DNA from: Candidatus Parcubacteria bacterium
GTDB taxonomy: Bacteria > Patescibacteriota > Minisyncoccia > Minisyncoccales > JAGMDC01
Assembly: GCA_023128895.1 (NCBI GenBank)
Contig: JAGMDC010000003.1
Coordinates: forward strand, 155,651-219,650
Direction of reading: 5' to 3'
Length of the DNA stretch: 64,000 nucleotides
The notes under the pieces are model-generated. The model was not told the origin of the DNA. It saw only the letters and a program-made list of their open reading frames with translations, and made no database searches. The position numbers and the translations under genes are program-made. Shown here piece by piece: positions 26,711 through 35,478 of the stretch (its first letter is position 1; each line of letters starts with the position of its first letter).

Positions 26711-26721
26711 AATACAGGCCC
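26651..26721 (-). tRNA. tRNA-Ala (anticodon CGC)
   Basis: Hand fold: acceptor GGGCCTG/CAGGTCC with the G3:U70 alanine identity pair, anticodon stem GGGCA/TGCTC, loop TTCGCAT, T-arm GTGGG-TTCGATT-CCCGC. 71 nt, no encoded CCA. Confidence 0.85.
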
Positions 26722-26733
26722 ATATTGTTTTTG

Positions 26734-26804
26734 TCGGGATGCCGAGATTCGAACTCGGGCTGCCGCCTCCCGAAGGCGGTATGCTACCATTACACCACAC
26801 CCCG
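26734..26804 (-). tRNA. tRNA-Pro (anticodon CGG)
   Basis: Hand fold: acceptor CGGGGTG/CATCCCG, anticodon stem CCGCC/GGCGG, loop TTCGGGA, T-arm CCGAG-TTCGAAT-CTCGG. 71 nt, no encoded CCA. Confidence 0.85.
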
Positions 26805-26811
26805 TAATATT

Positions 26812-28290
26812 TTATGTTACCCAGTACTTGCTTTTTGTCATTTCGTCGCGCTTCATTTCCAATGTTTGGCGTTCTTTTATCGCTTTCTTGCCTAATTCAA
26901 AAATTTCTGAATCAGACAATTTACCCAATTTTTCAATTTCATTTTCTAAAAATTCTTTCGTGTTTTTTTTTGGGTCTTCTAACACTTTACCCAATAAAAT
27001 ATCCAACACAGCGCCAACCTTGGGTCCTTGTCTAATTTCTAAAATTTTTATCACATCATCACCGCGCAGTTTAAGTTTTTTAACTGAAATAGGGTCCTGC
27101 CTCACTTTTTCAATCAAATATTTCAAATGCCTTAACTTGTACGGCTCTGCTTTTGGCACTCCGGACCCGATTCTGTCGCAAAATCTTAACTGTAAGAGTT
27201 CCTCCATATTTTCTATGCCAACTTGCCGCACCAATCTCCGCACTGACGCCTCGCCCACTTCTTCTACATTATAATAGAACAAATGGTACCTCACTAATTT
27301 CACAACCTTTTCAATATCTTTTCTGGAAAACCGCAAGCGCTGTAAAATTCTCGCTGTTATTTTAGCGCCAACTATTTCATGGTTGTAAAAAGTGGCGTCC
27401 TCACCCTTGCCTCTCTTTGTTATGGGTTTGCCGATATCATGAAACAGCGCGGACAACCTGACATATTTACTGTAATTTTTCTGAACAGCGTATTTCAAGG
27501 AACGCACAAGATGTTCGTAAACATTGTAAATATGATGCTTGCTTTGGTCTATTCCGCGGCAATCTTCCAATTCTGGGATAATATGCTTCAAAAGCCCAAG
27601 TTCCTGCAAAAGTTCTATACCCTCCCCGGCGCGCTCACTCATAATAATTTTCATAAACTCGTCTCTTACTCTTTCTCTTGAAACCATATTCAGCAATCCA
27701 GAATTTTTTTGAATTGCTTTTTTTGTTTTTGCTTCAATTTTCCAGCCCTCTCCTAATGTCGCGACAAACCTCACAGCCCGCGCCAACCTCAGCGCGTCCT
27801 CCTGAAACCTGTCTTCCGCGTCACCCACTGCGCGAATAACTTTATTTTCTAAATCCTTTTGCCCTTCGAACAAATCTATAACTTTTAACTTTTCTCTTTT
27901 AATTTTTAACTTAGACGCCTCTGGCGTCGCTGCCATTGCGTTCACTGTAAAATCCCTTCTTCCTAAATCCTGTTCAATTGTTTCTGCCCATTCTATCTTG
28001 TCAGGATGTCTTTTATCACTATACTTTGACTCAACCCTGAACGGCGTTATTTCAATCTCCTGAAAATCTTCGTCTTCCACCGCCACCCTTACTGTGCCAA
28101 AATTATTATCCAAATAACTATCTGGAAATATTTTTACAATCTCGTCCGGCTTGGCGCTTGTTGCAATATCCCAATCCTTTGGACTATTTCCGCGCAAAAG
28201 ATCTCGGACGCACCCGCCCACAATATACGCTTCAAATCCCTGCTTCTCTAATTGCTCAACAACAAATTGTACTTGCTTTGGAATTTCCAT
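26812..28290 (-). CDS. cca: CCA-adding tRNA nucleotidyltransferase with HD domain
   Basis: AYIVGGCVRDLLRG...DWDIAT (class II nucleotidyltransferase head) and LFHDIGKP (HD domain). Confidence 0.85.
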   Translation of the reverse strand: MEIPKQVQFVVEQLEKQGFEAYIVGGCVRDLLRGNSPKDWDIATSAKPDEIVKIFPDSYLDNNFGTVRVAVEDEDFQEIEITPFRVESKYSDKRHPDKIEWAETIEQDLGRRDFTVNAMAATPEASKLKIKREKLKVIDLFEGQKDLENKVIRAVGDAEDRFQEDALRLARAVRFVATLGEGWKIEAKTKKAIQKNSGLLNMVSRERVRDEFMKIIMSERAGEGIELLQELGLLKHIIPELEDCRGIDQSKHHIYNVYEHLVRSLKYAVQKNYSKYVRLSALFHDIGKPITKRGKGEDATFYNHEIVGAKITARILQRLRFSRKDIEKVVKLVRYHLFYYNVEEVGEASVRRLVRQVGIENMEELLQLRFCDRIGSGVPKAEPYKLRHLKYLIEKVRQDPISVKKLKLRGDDVIKILEIRQGPKVGAVLDILLGKVLEDPKKNTKEFLENEIEKLGKLSDSEIFELGKKAIKERQTLEMKRDEMTKSKYWVT

Positions 28291-28333
28291 AAATTATTTA
28301 GCGTTACCTGTCCTTTTATTCTATCTCATTTCA

Positions 28334-28362
28334 TTGTATTTTTCAACTTATTTTGGTAAAAT
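28334..28362 (+). promoter_or_regulatory. candidate promoter for tRNA-Arg/tyrS
   Basis: TTGTAT-N17-TAAAAT with TGG immediately upstream of the -10 box. The -10 box ends 8 nt before tRNA position 1. Confidence 0.4.
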
Positions 28363-28370
28363 TAACCAAT

Positions 28371-28445
28371 GTCCCTGTAGCTTAATGGACAGAGTACTGG
28401 GCTTCGGACCCAGTGATGAGGGTTCGACTCCTTCCAGGGACACCA
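28371..28445 (+). tRNA. tRNA-Arg (anticodon TCG), CCA encoded
   Basis: Hand fold: acceptor GTCCCTG/CAGGGAC, anticodon stem CTGGG/CCCAG, loop CTTCGGA, T-arm GAGGG-TTCGACT-CCTTC, 3' ACCA. Confidence 0.85.
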
Positions 28446-28450
28446 ATATT

Positions 28451-29677
28451 ATGAAAACAAACACAGACCCAAAAAAAATTGAAGAAATTGCTTCTTCTCG
28501 TTTTATAGAAAACATTTTTCCCTCAAAAAAAACGCTTGAGGAAACTTTATTAAGAAGTAAAAAATTGATAATTTACATCGGCGTAGACCCAACTGGTTCA
28601 AAACTTCATCTCGGGCATTCAACAAATTTTCTCTTGCTCAGCGAATTTCAAAAATTGGGACATCAAATAATTTTCTTGGTTGGAGACTTTACCGCTCAAA
28701 TTGGAGACCCAACTGGAAAAACAAACGCCAGAAAAGCCCTAACTCATAAAGAAATATTAAAAAATTGTAAGGACTACCAAAAACAAGTAGAAAAAATTTT
28801 AGATTTTGAATCCAAGCAAAACGCGGTAAAAATCAAATTTAACAGCCAATGGCTGGCAAAATTTAATTTCAAAGATGTAGCTGAACTTATGTCAAAATCC
28901 ACTGTTGGCAAAATGATCAAAAGAGATATGTTTCAAAAACGGATTAAAGAAAAAAAAGAGATATATCTTCATGAGTTTATATACCCTTTATTGCAAGGAT
29001 ACGATTCTGTGGGCATGAATGCTGATATTGAAGTCGGGGGAAATGACCAAACATTTAATATGATGATAGGCAGGGATTTAGTAAAAATTTATCAAAAAAG
29101 AGAAAAAATCGTGATTGCCACAAAACTTTTAGTAAACCCAAAAACAAATAAAAAATTAATGTCAAAAAGCGAAGGGAATTATATTAGTTTGGACGAAAAA
29201 CCAAATAATATGTACGGCGAAATAATGGCTTTAGCAGACGAAGTAATTTTGCCTTGCTTTGAATTATGCACAAGGTTACCATCGCAACAAATCAAAGAAA
29301 TCGCGCGAGACATAAAAATAAAAAAGCTTAATCCAAAACACGCGAAAGCGATTTTGGCAAAGGAAATCGTCACAATGTACCACAGCAAAACATCTGCGGA
29401 CAAAGCTGAAAAAGAATTCAACAGAGTATTTACACAGAAAAAACTGCCTTCTGATATTAAAAGCGTTAAGATGAAAGACAAGAAAATAAATATTCTTGAT
29501 TTGCTTGTAAAAACAAAAATGGCTTCCTCAAAAGGGGAAGCCAGGAGAACCATACTCCAAAATGGAGTAAAAATTGATAATAAAATTCAAGATGACTGGA
29601 AGAAAATTATTGCTATAAAATCAGGAATGCTGATACAGGTTGGCAAAAGAAAATTTATAAAAATTATTTCTCAATAG
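28451..29677 (+). CDS. tyrS: tyrosine--tRNA ligase (with C-terminal S4 domain)
   Basis: Start re-called at the ATG at 28451, because the upstream part of the track ORF covers the tRNA. Contains GVDPTGSKLHLGH (HIGH), KLMSKSEGN (KMSKS) and the S4-like SSKGEARRTILQNGVKIDN. Confidence 0.85.
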   Translation: MKTNTDPKKIEEIASSRFIENIFPSKKTLEETLLRSKKLIIYIGVDPTGSKLHLGHSTNFLLLSEFQKLGHQIIFLVGDFTAQIGDPTGKTNARKALTHKEILKNCKDYQKQVEKILDFESKQNAVKIKFNSQWLAKFNFKDVAELMSKSTVGKMIKRDMFQKRIKEKKEIYLHEFIYPLLQGYDSVGMNADIEVGGNDQTFNMMIGRDLVKIYQKREKIVIATKLLVNPKTNKKLMSKSEGNYISLDEKPNNMYGEIMALADEVILPCFELCTRLPSQQIKEIARDIKIKKLNPKHAKAILAKEIVTMYHSKTSADKAEKEFNRVFTQKKLPSDIKSVKMKDKKINILDLLVKTKMASSKGEARRTILQNGVKIDNKIQDDWKKIIAIKSGMLIQVGKRKFIKIISQ

Positions 29678-29679
29678 AT

Positions 29680-30219
29680 TTATTCTTTAATATCTATTTT
29701 TCTTCGTTTCTTTCTTTCTGTTTTAGGTATTCTTACGCATAGAATGCCTTTTTTTAATTCCGCTGTTCCTCGCGAAGCGTCAACTTCTTCTGGAAGGATT
29801 ATTTTTCTCTGAAACGCGCCCCAATAACATTCTTGATAAAAATAACTTTTTTCCTCCTCTCGACTGCACCCTCCCCTTTCTCCTTTGATAGTCACTGTGT
29901 CGTTCTCAATACAAACTTCCAGTTCGTCTGAATCTACGCCGGCGATAGCGGCTTCAATAACAATATCCTTTGCTGTCTGATAAACGTCCACTGCTAATTC
30001 GCCCTCGGGACCGCCCAAATTTTTTAAAGAAAAACTTGATTTTTTTACTTTAGAAATTTTTTCCGCTTTAGTTTTCTTTTCTATCGGTTTCGCTTTCTTG
30101 GCGCTCTGAACTTTTATCTTCTTTATTTTGGACTTTGCTATTTCTTCTCCCTCGCTATCTTCATCTTGCTTTTCTTCTTCCTTTCCCATATTTTGTTTTA
30201 ATCTACTTAAAAAAGACAT
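29680..30219 (-). CDS. Hsp20/alpha-crystallin family small heat-shock protein
   Basis: ELAVDVYQTAKDIVIEAAIAGVDSDELEVCIENDTVTIKGER...GILCVRIPK is an alpha-crystallin domain, preceded by a Lys/Glu-rich N-terminal extension. Confidence 0.8.
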   Translation of the reverse strand: MSFLSRLKQNMGKEEEKQDEDSEGEEIAKSKIKKIKVQSAKKAKPIEKKTKAEKISKVKKSSFSLKNLGGPEGELAVDVYQTAKDIVIEAAIAGVDSDELEVCIENDTVTIKGERGGCSREEEKSYFYQECYWGAFQRKIILPEEVDASRGTAELKKGILCVRIPKTERKKRRKIDIKE

Positions 30220-30306
30220 AGTATTTATGAAATTTATAATTTATTGTTAAACGCTTTATAAATATATAATAACACACTTGAAAATAAATCCAATTGTGGA
30301 TAATTT

Positions 30307-30942
30307 TTATCTTATCTCTTTTTGATATTCAAAATAGGAATAAGCGCAGGTATAAATCGCGGCGCAAATTACTGGAACTAAAATAAAAAAAATAGCGTTT
30401 TCTCCAGCGAAAATCCCTAACAAGGCAATCGCGCCGGCAAGTTTGAATAATTTGGCCCCGATTTTATGCGTTTTGTCCCAGACAACATCACTGCTCAATG
30501 TCCACGGAGTTTTAATTCCAATAAACCAATTTCTTTTAGCGTTCTTGAGTAAAACTCCGACATAATAAAATAGTATTCCCATTGCCGGAAGTATGGAACA
30601 ACCCATATCAAACCTTATCCCAAGGTTCCACAAAATCGAGAGAGCATAAATATAGAAAAAAAATAAAATAAAAAGCAGAACAAACCCGTCAAAATATTTT
30701 TCAAACTTTTTTATATTCTCTTTCAATGGATCAATCTTTGGAATAACTAAGAAAAGTAAAAATATTCCCAAAGCAAATATAGGCATTAAAAACAGTCCCC
30801 AGAATTTTGACATATAGTCGTTCACTTCCCCTTTAGTGTTCCAGTGCGATGCCATTAAATCAGGCATTTGGGAATAATAATAAATCCCTATGACAAAGGA
30901 CGCCAGAATTACAAACAAACTTATTATTTGCGTTTTTTTCAT
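30307..30942 (-). CDS. SdpI/YhfL-family membrane protein (DUF1648 + SdpI)
   Basis: MPDLMASHWNTKGEVNDYMSKFWG...KRNWFIGIKTPWTLSSDVVWDKTHK matches the family signature. Confidence 0.7.
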   Translation of the reverse strand: MKKTQIISLFVILASFVIGIYYYSQMPDLMASHWNTKGEVNDYMSKFWGLFLMPIFALGIFLLFLVIPKIDPLKENIKKFEKYFDGFVLLFILFFFYIYALSILWNLGIRFDMGCSILPAMGILFYYVGVLLKNAKRNWFIGIKTPWTLSSDVVWDKTHKIGAKLFKLAGAIALLGIFAGENAIFFILVPVICAAIYTCAYSYFEYQKEIR

Positions 30943-31034
30943 TATTATATTTTATCATAATATTTGAAAAAAAGAAAAGAGCGTCCGAAGACGCATATGT
31001 TACTATTTTTGCTTTACGCTGTTCATAATTACTT

Positions 31035-31892
31035 TCAAATTTTGAAAGTAATTGCAAACCATGTTTCGCCGATGTTTATCGCAGCTTCAAATTGTTCCAC
31101 TAACAACATCACTATCTGCATTCCCAAAGATTTTGTCTCTCGGAAATCCAAATCCTTTGGAAGACAAGCGCCATAATTTTTAACAGATAGGTCAATCTTG
31201 TTTCCTTCCTCCTTCATAGTGATTTTAATTCCTCCTCTGTCCTGAAACGCGTGTTCGTAAGTATTAGACACAAGTTCGTTGATTATCCACCCGCACGGAA
31301 TTGCTATTTTAGCGGACAATGCCAAATTCATTGGAATATCAACATTCACGCTCACGTCTTTCTCTGCAAATCCATACTGGCTAACAATGTTTGTTATGTG
31401 ATTCCACATGCTTATTTTCCCTGAATCCGTTTGCTGCGACTGCCCATACGCAATGGCCATTGTATTAACTCTGTCTAACAATTCATCAAGCACTTTTTGC
31501 TTTTCTTTCTGTATTTCCTCTTCCTTTCCCTGTAACTCTGCCTCTAATTCCTTTACCCGTTCGCCTTGTTTATGAAGTATTGGAGAAAATCCATCATATG
31601 CTCGCTTTATTATCTCCAGATACGCTATCTTCGCATCTCTCTCTCGCAACTCCACGGTTTGCTTTTTGGTCAATGTTGAAAGCGAATTATTCCCTGATAC
31701 TGTTATGTTCAACCTCGCGTCCAACTCCGTTATTTCGTCGTCTCTCATTTTCAACTTTTCAATTGTCTTATCCAATATCTTATGCAACGATACTATCTCT
31801 TTGTTTCTTTCCGTCAACTCTGCCTCCAACTCCGCTATCCTCTTTTGCTGCTCTATATCATATATCTCTTCATCTGTCAGACCAACCCTCAT
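31035..31892 (-). CDS. soluble HisKA_2/HATPase-type histidine-kinase-like protein with coiled-coil N-terminus (H-box apparently degenerate)
   Basis: The C-terminus AIPCGWIINELVSNTYEHAF...GGIKITM...GMQIVMLLVEQF carries N, G1 and G2-like boxes. The position of the EhHHRVKNNL H-box reads ELLDRVNTMA. Strong SD AGGAGAAAGGTGG. Confidence 0.6.
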   Translation of the reverse strand: MRVGLTDEEIYDIEQQKRIAELEAELTERNKEIVSLHKILDKTIEKLKMRDDEITELDARLNITVSGNNSLSTLTKKQTVELRERDAKIAYLEIIKRAYDGFSPILHKQGERVKELEAELQGKEEEIQKEKQKVLDELLDRVNTMAIAYGQSQQTDSGKISMWNHITNIVSQYGFAEKDVSVNVDIPMNLALSAKIAIPCGWIINELVSNTYEHAFQDRGGIKITMKEEGNKIDLSVKNYGACLPKDLDFRETKSLGMQIVMLLVEQFEAAINIGETWFAITFKI

Positions 31893-31965
31893 ATTTTTTT
31901 ACCACCTTTCTCCTATTTTTTTATTCTTATGTACCTTGATTCAATATCAAATTATTGCGACTTCG

Positions 31966-32050
31966 CCGCATAATTGTTCGCTCGGTCAAAATACAAACAA
32001 ACTCGCTTCGCTCGCTTGTTTGTATTTTTTCCTCGCTCTCAATTATCGCA
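31966..32050. repeat. nested-hairpin element, intergenic copy
   Basis: GCATAATTG-TTCGCTCGGTC-[AAAATACAAACAA actcgcttcgctcgc TTGTTTGTATTTT]-TTCCTCGCTCTC-AATTATCGC. Confidence 0.7.
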
Positions 32051-32160
32051 TATTTCTTCCAAAATGTCAAATGAATTCACAGAATTCGCGGGCGAAACAA
32101 AATCGGATATCTGCGGAGCTCGGGGCTCCGCAGGCGTTAAATTTGTGATATAATGGAAAT

Positions 32161-33357
32161 ATGTTAAATACATATAAAACAATTATAGGGGTTGGACTGG
32201 TGATGTTATTATGCGGAATAGGAATTTTCGCATACTATACAATAAACGAGAAAAAAAATGGTCGGAGACCCGAGCTCCGACCAACTCAACAACAAAGCGA
32301 GCAGAAAATCGCGGATGTAAAAGACCAGGAATTAAAAGAGCAAATCGGACAGATGTTAATGATTGGATTTCGCGGCACAGAAATTTCAAAGGATTCATAT
32401 ATTGTTCAGGAAATGGAGGACCTGAACATAGGCGGAGTAATATTATTTGATTATGATGTTCCTTCAAAAAGTTTTCCCAGAAACATCATCAGCCCAAAGC
32501 AGACAAAAAATCTTATTGCTGATTTGAAAAAATTCTCTGGGACTCCCCTATTTGTGGCAATAGACGCGGAAGGCGGGAAAGTAAATCGATTAAAAGAAAA
32601 ATACGGATTTATTGCTATGCCAAGCCCGCAGAAACTTGGTGCGCAAAATAATCCAGAGGAAACAAAAAAAATCAGCGCCGCGCTCGCGCGCCAACTCGCT
32701 GATTTAGGATTTAATGTAAATTTCGCGCCGGTAGTTGATGTTAATATAAATCCAGACAACCCAATTATCGGCGGCATTGGAAGAACATTTTCAAACGAAC
32801 CAAACAAAGTAGTTGAGCAGGCACTGGCTTTTATAGAAGGTCATAGCGAACCCGGCATTATAACTTGCTTAAAGCATTTTCCCGGACATGGAAGTTCGCG
32901 AAACGACAGTCATTTAGGAATGGTTGATATCACCAACACATATCAAGATAAAGAACTTATTCCTTTTGAAAAAATTATTGAACAGGAAAAAGCGTGTATG
33001 GTAATGACCGCGCATATTATTAATAAAAATATTGACTCGGAATATCCAGCCACTTTATCGCCTTTGTTTATCCAAAACATACTCCGTGAAAAATTAGGAT
33101 TTAACGGAGTAATTGTTTCAGATGATATGCAGATGGGCGCTATTACAGAACATTATGGATTTGACGAGGCAATTATCAGAGCCATAAACGCTGGATGCGA
33201 TTTATTGATTATTTCAAACAACGGCAAAATATATGACGAACAAGCGCCAGAGCAAGCGCGCGATATTATTTTCAATGCCGTGAAGCAAGGCAAAATTTCT
33301 CGCGAGCAAATTACCCAATCCTATCTCCGTATTATTACCCTGAAGTCAAAACTTTAA
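32161..33357 (+). CDS. nagZ: beta-N-acetylhexosaminidase (GH3, NagZ-like) with N-terminal membrane anchor
   Basis: GQMLMIGFRG, GGVILF and KHFPGHGSSRNDSH are GH3 motifs. Confidence 0.8.
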   Translation: MLNTYKTIIGVGLVMLLCGIGIFAYYTINEKKNGRRPELRPTQQQSEQKIADVKDQELKEQIGQMLMIGFRGTEISKDSYIVQEMEDLNIGGVILFDYDVPSKSFPRNIISPKQTKNLIADLKKFSGTPLFVAIDAEGGKVNRLKEKYGFIAMPSPQKLGAQNNPEETKKISAALARQLADLGFNVNFAPVVDVNINPDNPIIGGIGRTFSNEPNKVVEQALAFIEGHSEPGIITCLKHFPGHGSSRNDSHLGMVDITNTYQDKELIPFEKIIEQEKACMVMTAHIINKNIDSEYPATLSPLFIQNILREKLGFNGVIVSDDMQMGAITEHYGFDEAIIRAINAGCDLLIISNNGKIYDEQAPEQARDIIFNAVKQGKISREQITQSYLRIITLKSKL

Positions 33358-35412
33358 ATTATTGATTTGTTTCCAGTTTGTTTCGTCTAATACGATTAAT
33401 TGGTCCTCACCTATTATATATAAGTAGTCATTGATATAAATCGCGCGCTTAGCCGCAATACCGCTAACAGCCCGCTTAAGCGCCAACTTGTCCTGTTCGT
33501 AAGAAAAAATATAACCGCCTTTGCTGCCCGGCAAAAAGAATATCTTGTGTTTTGTGTCTAAAAGAAACGCGTGATGAGTATTAAGAACATCTGACCAATG
33601 TTCGTCTAAAATATATTTGTCGGCTTCCTTTGGCTCGCTCGGCGAACTTACATCAAACAGAGAAATTTTCACTTTCCAGCCCTCTTTGCCTATTCCTAAA
33701 ATTTTGTCTTCGGTAATTGGATGCAGATACGAAGAATATCCCGGAATTTTCAATTCTCCTTTTAATTCCGGATTATACGGATCTGACAAATCCAGAACAT
33801 AAAACGGATCTATCTGCCTGTATGTTACTACATATCCCTTATTACCGACAAACCTCACAGAATAAATTTTTTCTGTAACGCCTAAATCTTTCACAGAACC
33901 GGTGATGTTCAAATTACTGTCCGCGACATAAACATCATTAGCGCTCTCCCCTACATTCCAGAACATACCTCCCATACCCCTGTCCCCAATCGTCACGGCC
34001 ACTCTTAAATAACCTTGATATTCGTCCAAAGAAAATTGATTCAATGGCTTGCCCGGAAATACTCCGTTTGCCGCAAGAGCAAACCCGTCTAATTTTATTT
34101 TCACAATTCCTGTTTTCTCAAAATCTCTGCTGTGTTTCGCGTAATAATCATCCATCCTATTGGTAAATTCGTTTTCTATTCTCATTCTTTCATCATCGCT
34201 TAAAGAACTCTGAAACTTATCAAGAATAACTCCGAACTCCACCATTTTAGCTCTATCGCTTATATCAAGGTCTTTGAGTTTTTCTAATTTTTCAATTACC
34301 CAGGCAGGAACTATGTCTTGACAATCTTTTTGAAAAAAATCATAAAAGAAATTAATCACGCTCTCATAATAAGAATAACTGATATAAATTCCATTTTTCG
34401 ACATATAAACAACTGATTGGCTTGAAGAACCAACAAACGACACAGTTTTCTCAATCTCGCCTGTTTCTGGATTTAATACCATAGCGCTGTAAGTTATATC
34501 CACTGGTACTGGAACTCTTGGGTAGTAAATTTGCGAACACCCAATCTCTAATGCTTTGCCTTCTATATATAATGGCCTGATTGGGCAAGGCCTGTAAGTG
34601 TCAATTCTGCTTTTAACAACTAAATATACTTTTCCCTGATATAGGCGGGACGAAACCAAATAATTTCTATTTTCCAATTCCATATCCCATTTCTTGTTTG
34701 GCTTCTCTGGATTAGACACATCATAGCCGATAATTTCCTGACCTGAAAAAACCACTAAAATATTTTCTGATAAAAGCAGATTTCCAGTTTGTTCAATTTC
34801 CGAATCAATTTTCAAATCAGAAGGCGGAAACGCTTTTATTGCTTTAATCCCCCTGTTCTGGGGTTTGGGAATTTCTATCCCCGGCGCGATTTCGTCCATA
34901 TCAAAAGCCCTTATCGGAAAATACCATCTCTGCGGAGAAAAATAAATTTCTTTGCCGTCTGTTTTGACAATGTCCGGCTCGTCAATTCCCGCTGTTTGGA
35001 CAGTTGTTTCTGACACGCGCTCCATTGTTTCTTCTCCTGCTCCAATCCCTGCTTCAAGTGTCGGGACTGACATTCCCTCTGCTACATCCATTCCTTTCCT
35101 CACTCCAGTAATTGAAATCCCTTCATAATATCCAGTTATTTCTGCTGCGCTCGACTCCAAATAATCCTTAAATTCCTGTTCCGAAGAAAATTTGGCAATT
35201 CCTTCCAATGACGCGGGACCCGGTTCAGGCTTTTCTGGTTTTGGCGCTAAAATATCAGATAAAAATGGAATATTAATCCGCTCCATAAATGGCGCGATAG
35301 GCGTTGTTGAAAAAGAAATATTTTGATATTGAGAAAACGCAAAACCGAAAATCACAGCAACCACAACACATAAACAAACCAATAAAAGTTTAGAATTAAT
35401 TTCTTGTTCCAT
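33346..35412 (-). CDS. secreted beta-propeller domain protein (COG4880-like)
   Basis: YSVRFVGNKGYVVTYRQIDPFYVLDLSDPYNPELKGELKIPGYSSYLHPI is typical of the bacterial/archaeal beta-propeller family. N-terminal TM or signal segment. Confidence 0.7.
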   Translation of the reverse strand: MEQEINSKLLLVCLCVVVAVIFGFAFSQYQNISFSTTPIAPFMERINIPFLSDILAPKPEKPEPGPASLEGIAKFSSEQEFKDYLESSAAEITGYYEGISITGVRKGMDVAEGMSVPTLEAGIGAGEETMERVSETTVQTAGIDEPDIVKTDGKEIYFSPQRWYFPIRAFDMDEIAPGIEIPKPQNRGIKAIKAFPPSDLKIDSEIEQTGNLLLSENILVVFSGQEIIGYDVSNPEKPNKKWDMELENRNYLVSSRLYQGKVYLVVKSRIDTYRPCPIRPLYIEGKALEIGCSQIYYPRVPVPVDITYSAMVLNPETGEIEKTVSFVGSSSQSVVYMSKNGIYISYSYYESVINFFYDFFQKDCQDIVPAWVIEKLEKLKDLDISDRAKMVEFGVILDKFQSSLSDDERMRIENEFTNRMDDYYAKHSRDFEKTGIVKIKLDGFALAANGVFPGKPLNQFSLDEYQGYLRVAVTIGDRGMGGMFWNVGESANDVYVADSNLNITGSVKDLGVTEKIYSVRFVGNKGYVVTYRQIDPFYVLDLSDPYNPELKGELKIPGYSSYLHPITEDKILGIGKEGWKVKISLFDVSSPSEPKEADKYILDEHWSDVLNTHHAFLLDTKHKIFFLPGSKGGYIFSYEQDKLALKRAVSGIAAKRAIYINDYLYIIGEDQLIVLDETNWKQINNLKF

Positions 35413-35478
35413 AATTTTGAGCGAGGAATAAATGCGGAAATGAATTTTCGCATTTATTCCGAGCGATTAATTATGCGG
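35409..35478. repeat. nested-hairpin element, copy in the beta-propeller gene leader
   Basis: The minus strand reads CCGCATAATT-AATCGCTCGG-[AATAAATGCG aaaattcatttc CGCATTTATT]-CCTCGCTC-AAAATTATGG. Confidence 0.7.

Noticed and set aside
26495-26895. Several short ORFs (26495-26800, 26505-26723, 26650-26895) across the tRNA pair
   Set aside because: They read through two well-folding tRNA genes and the cca 3' end. None has independent support.
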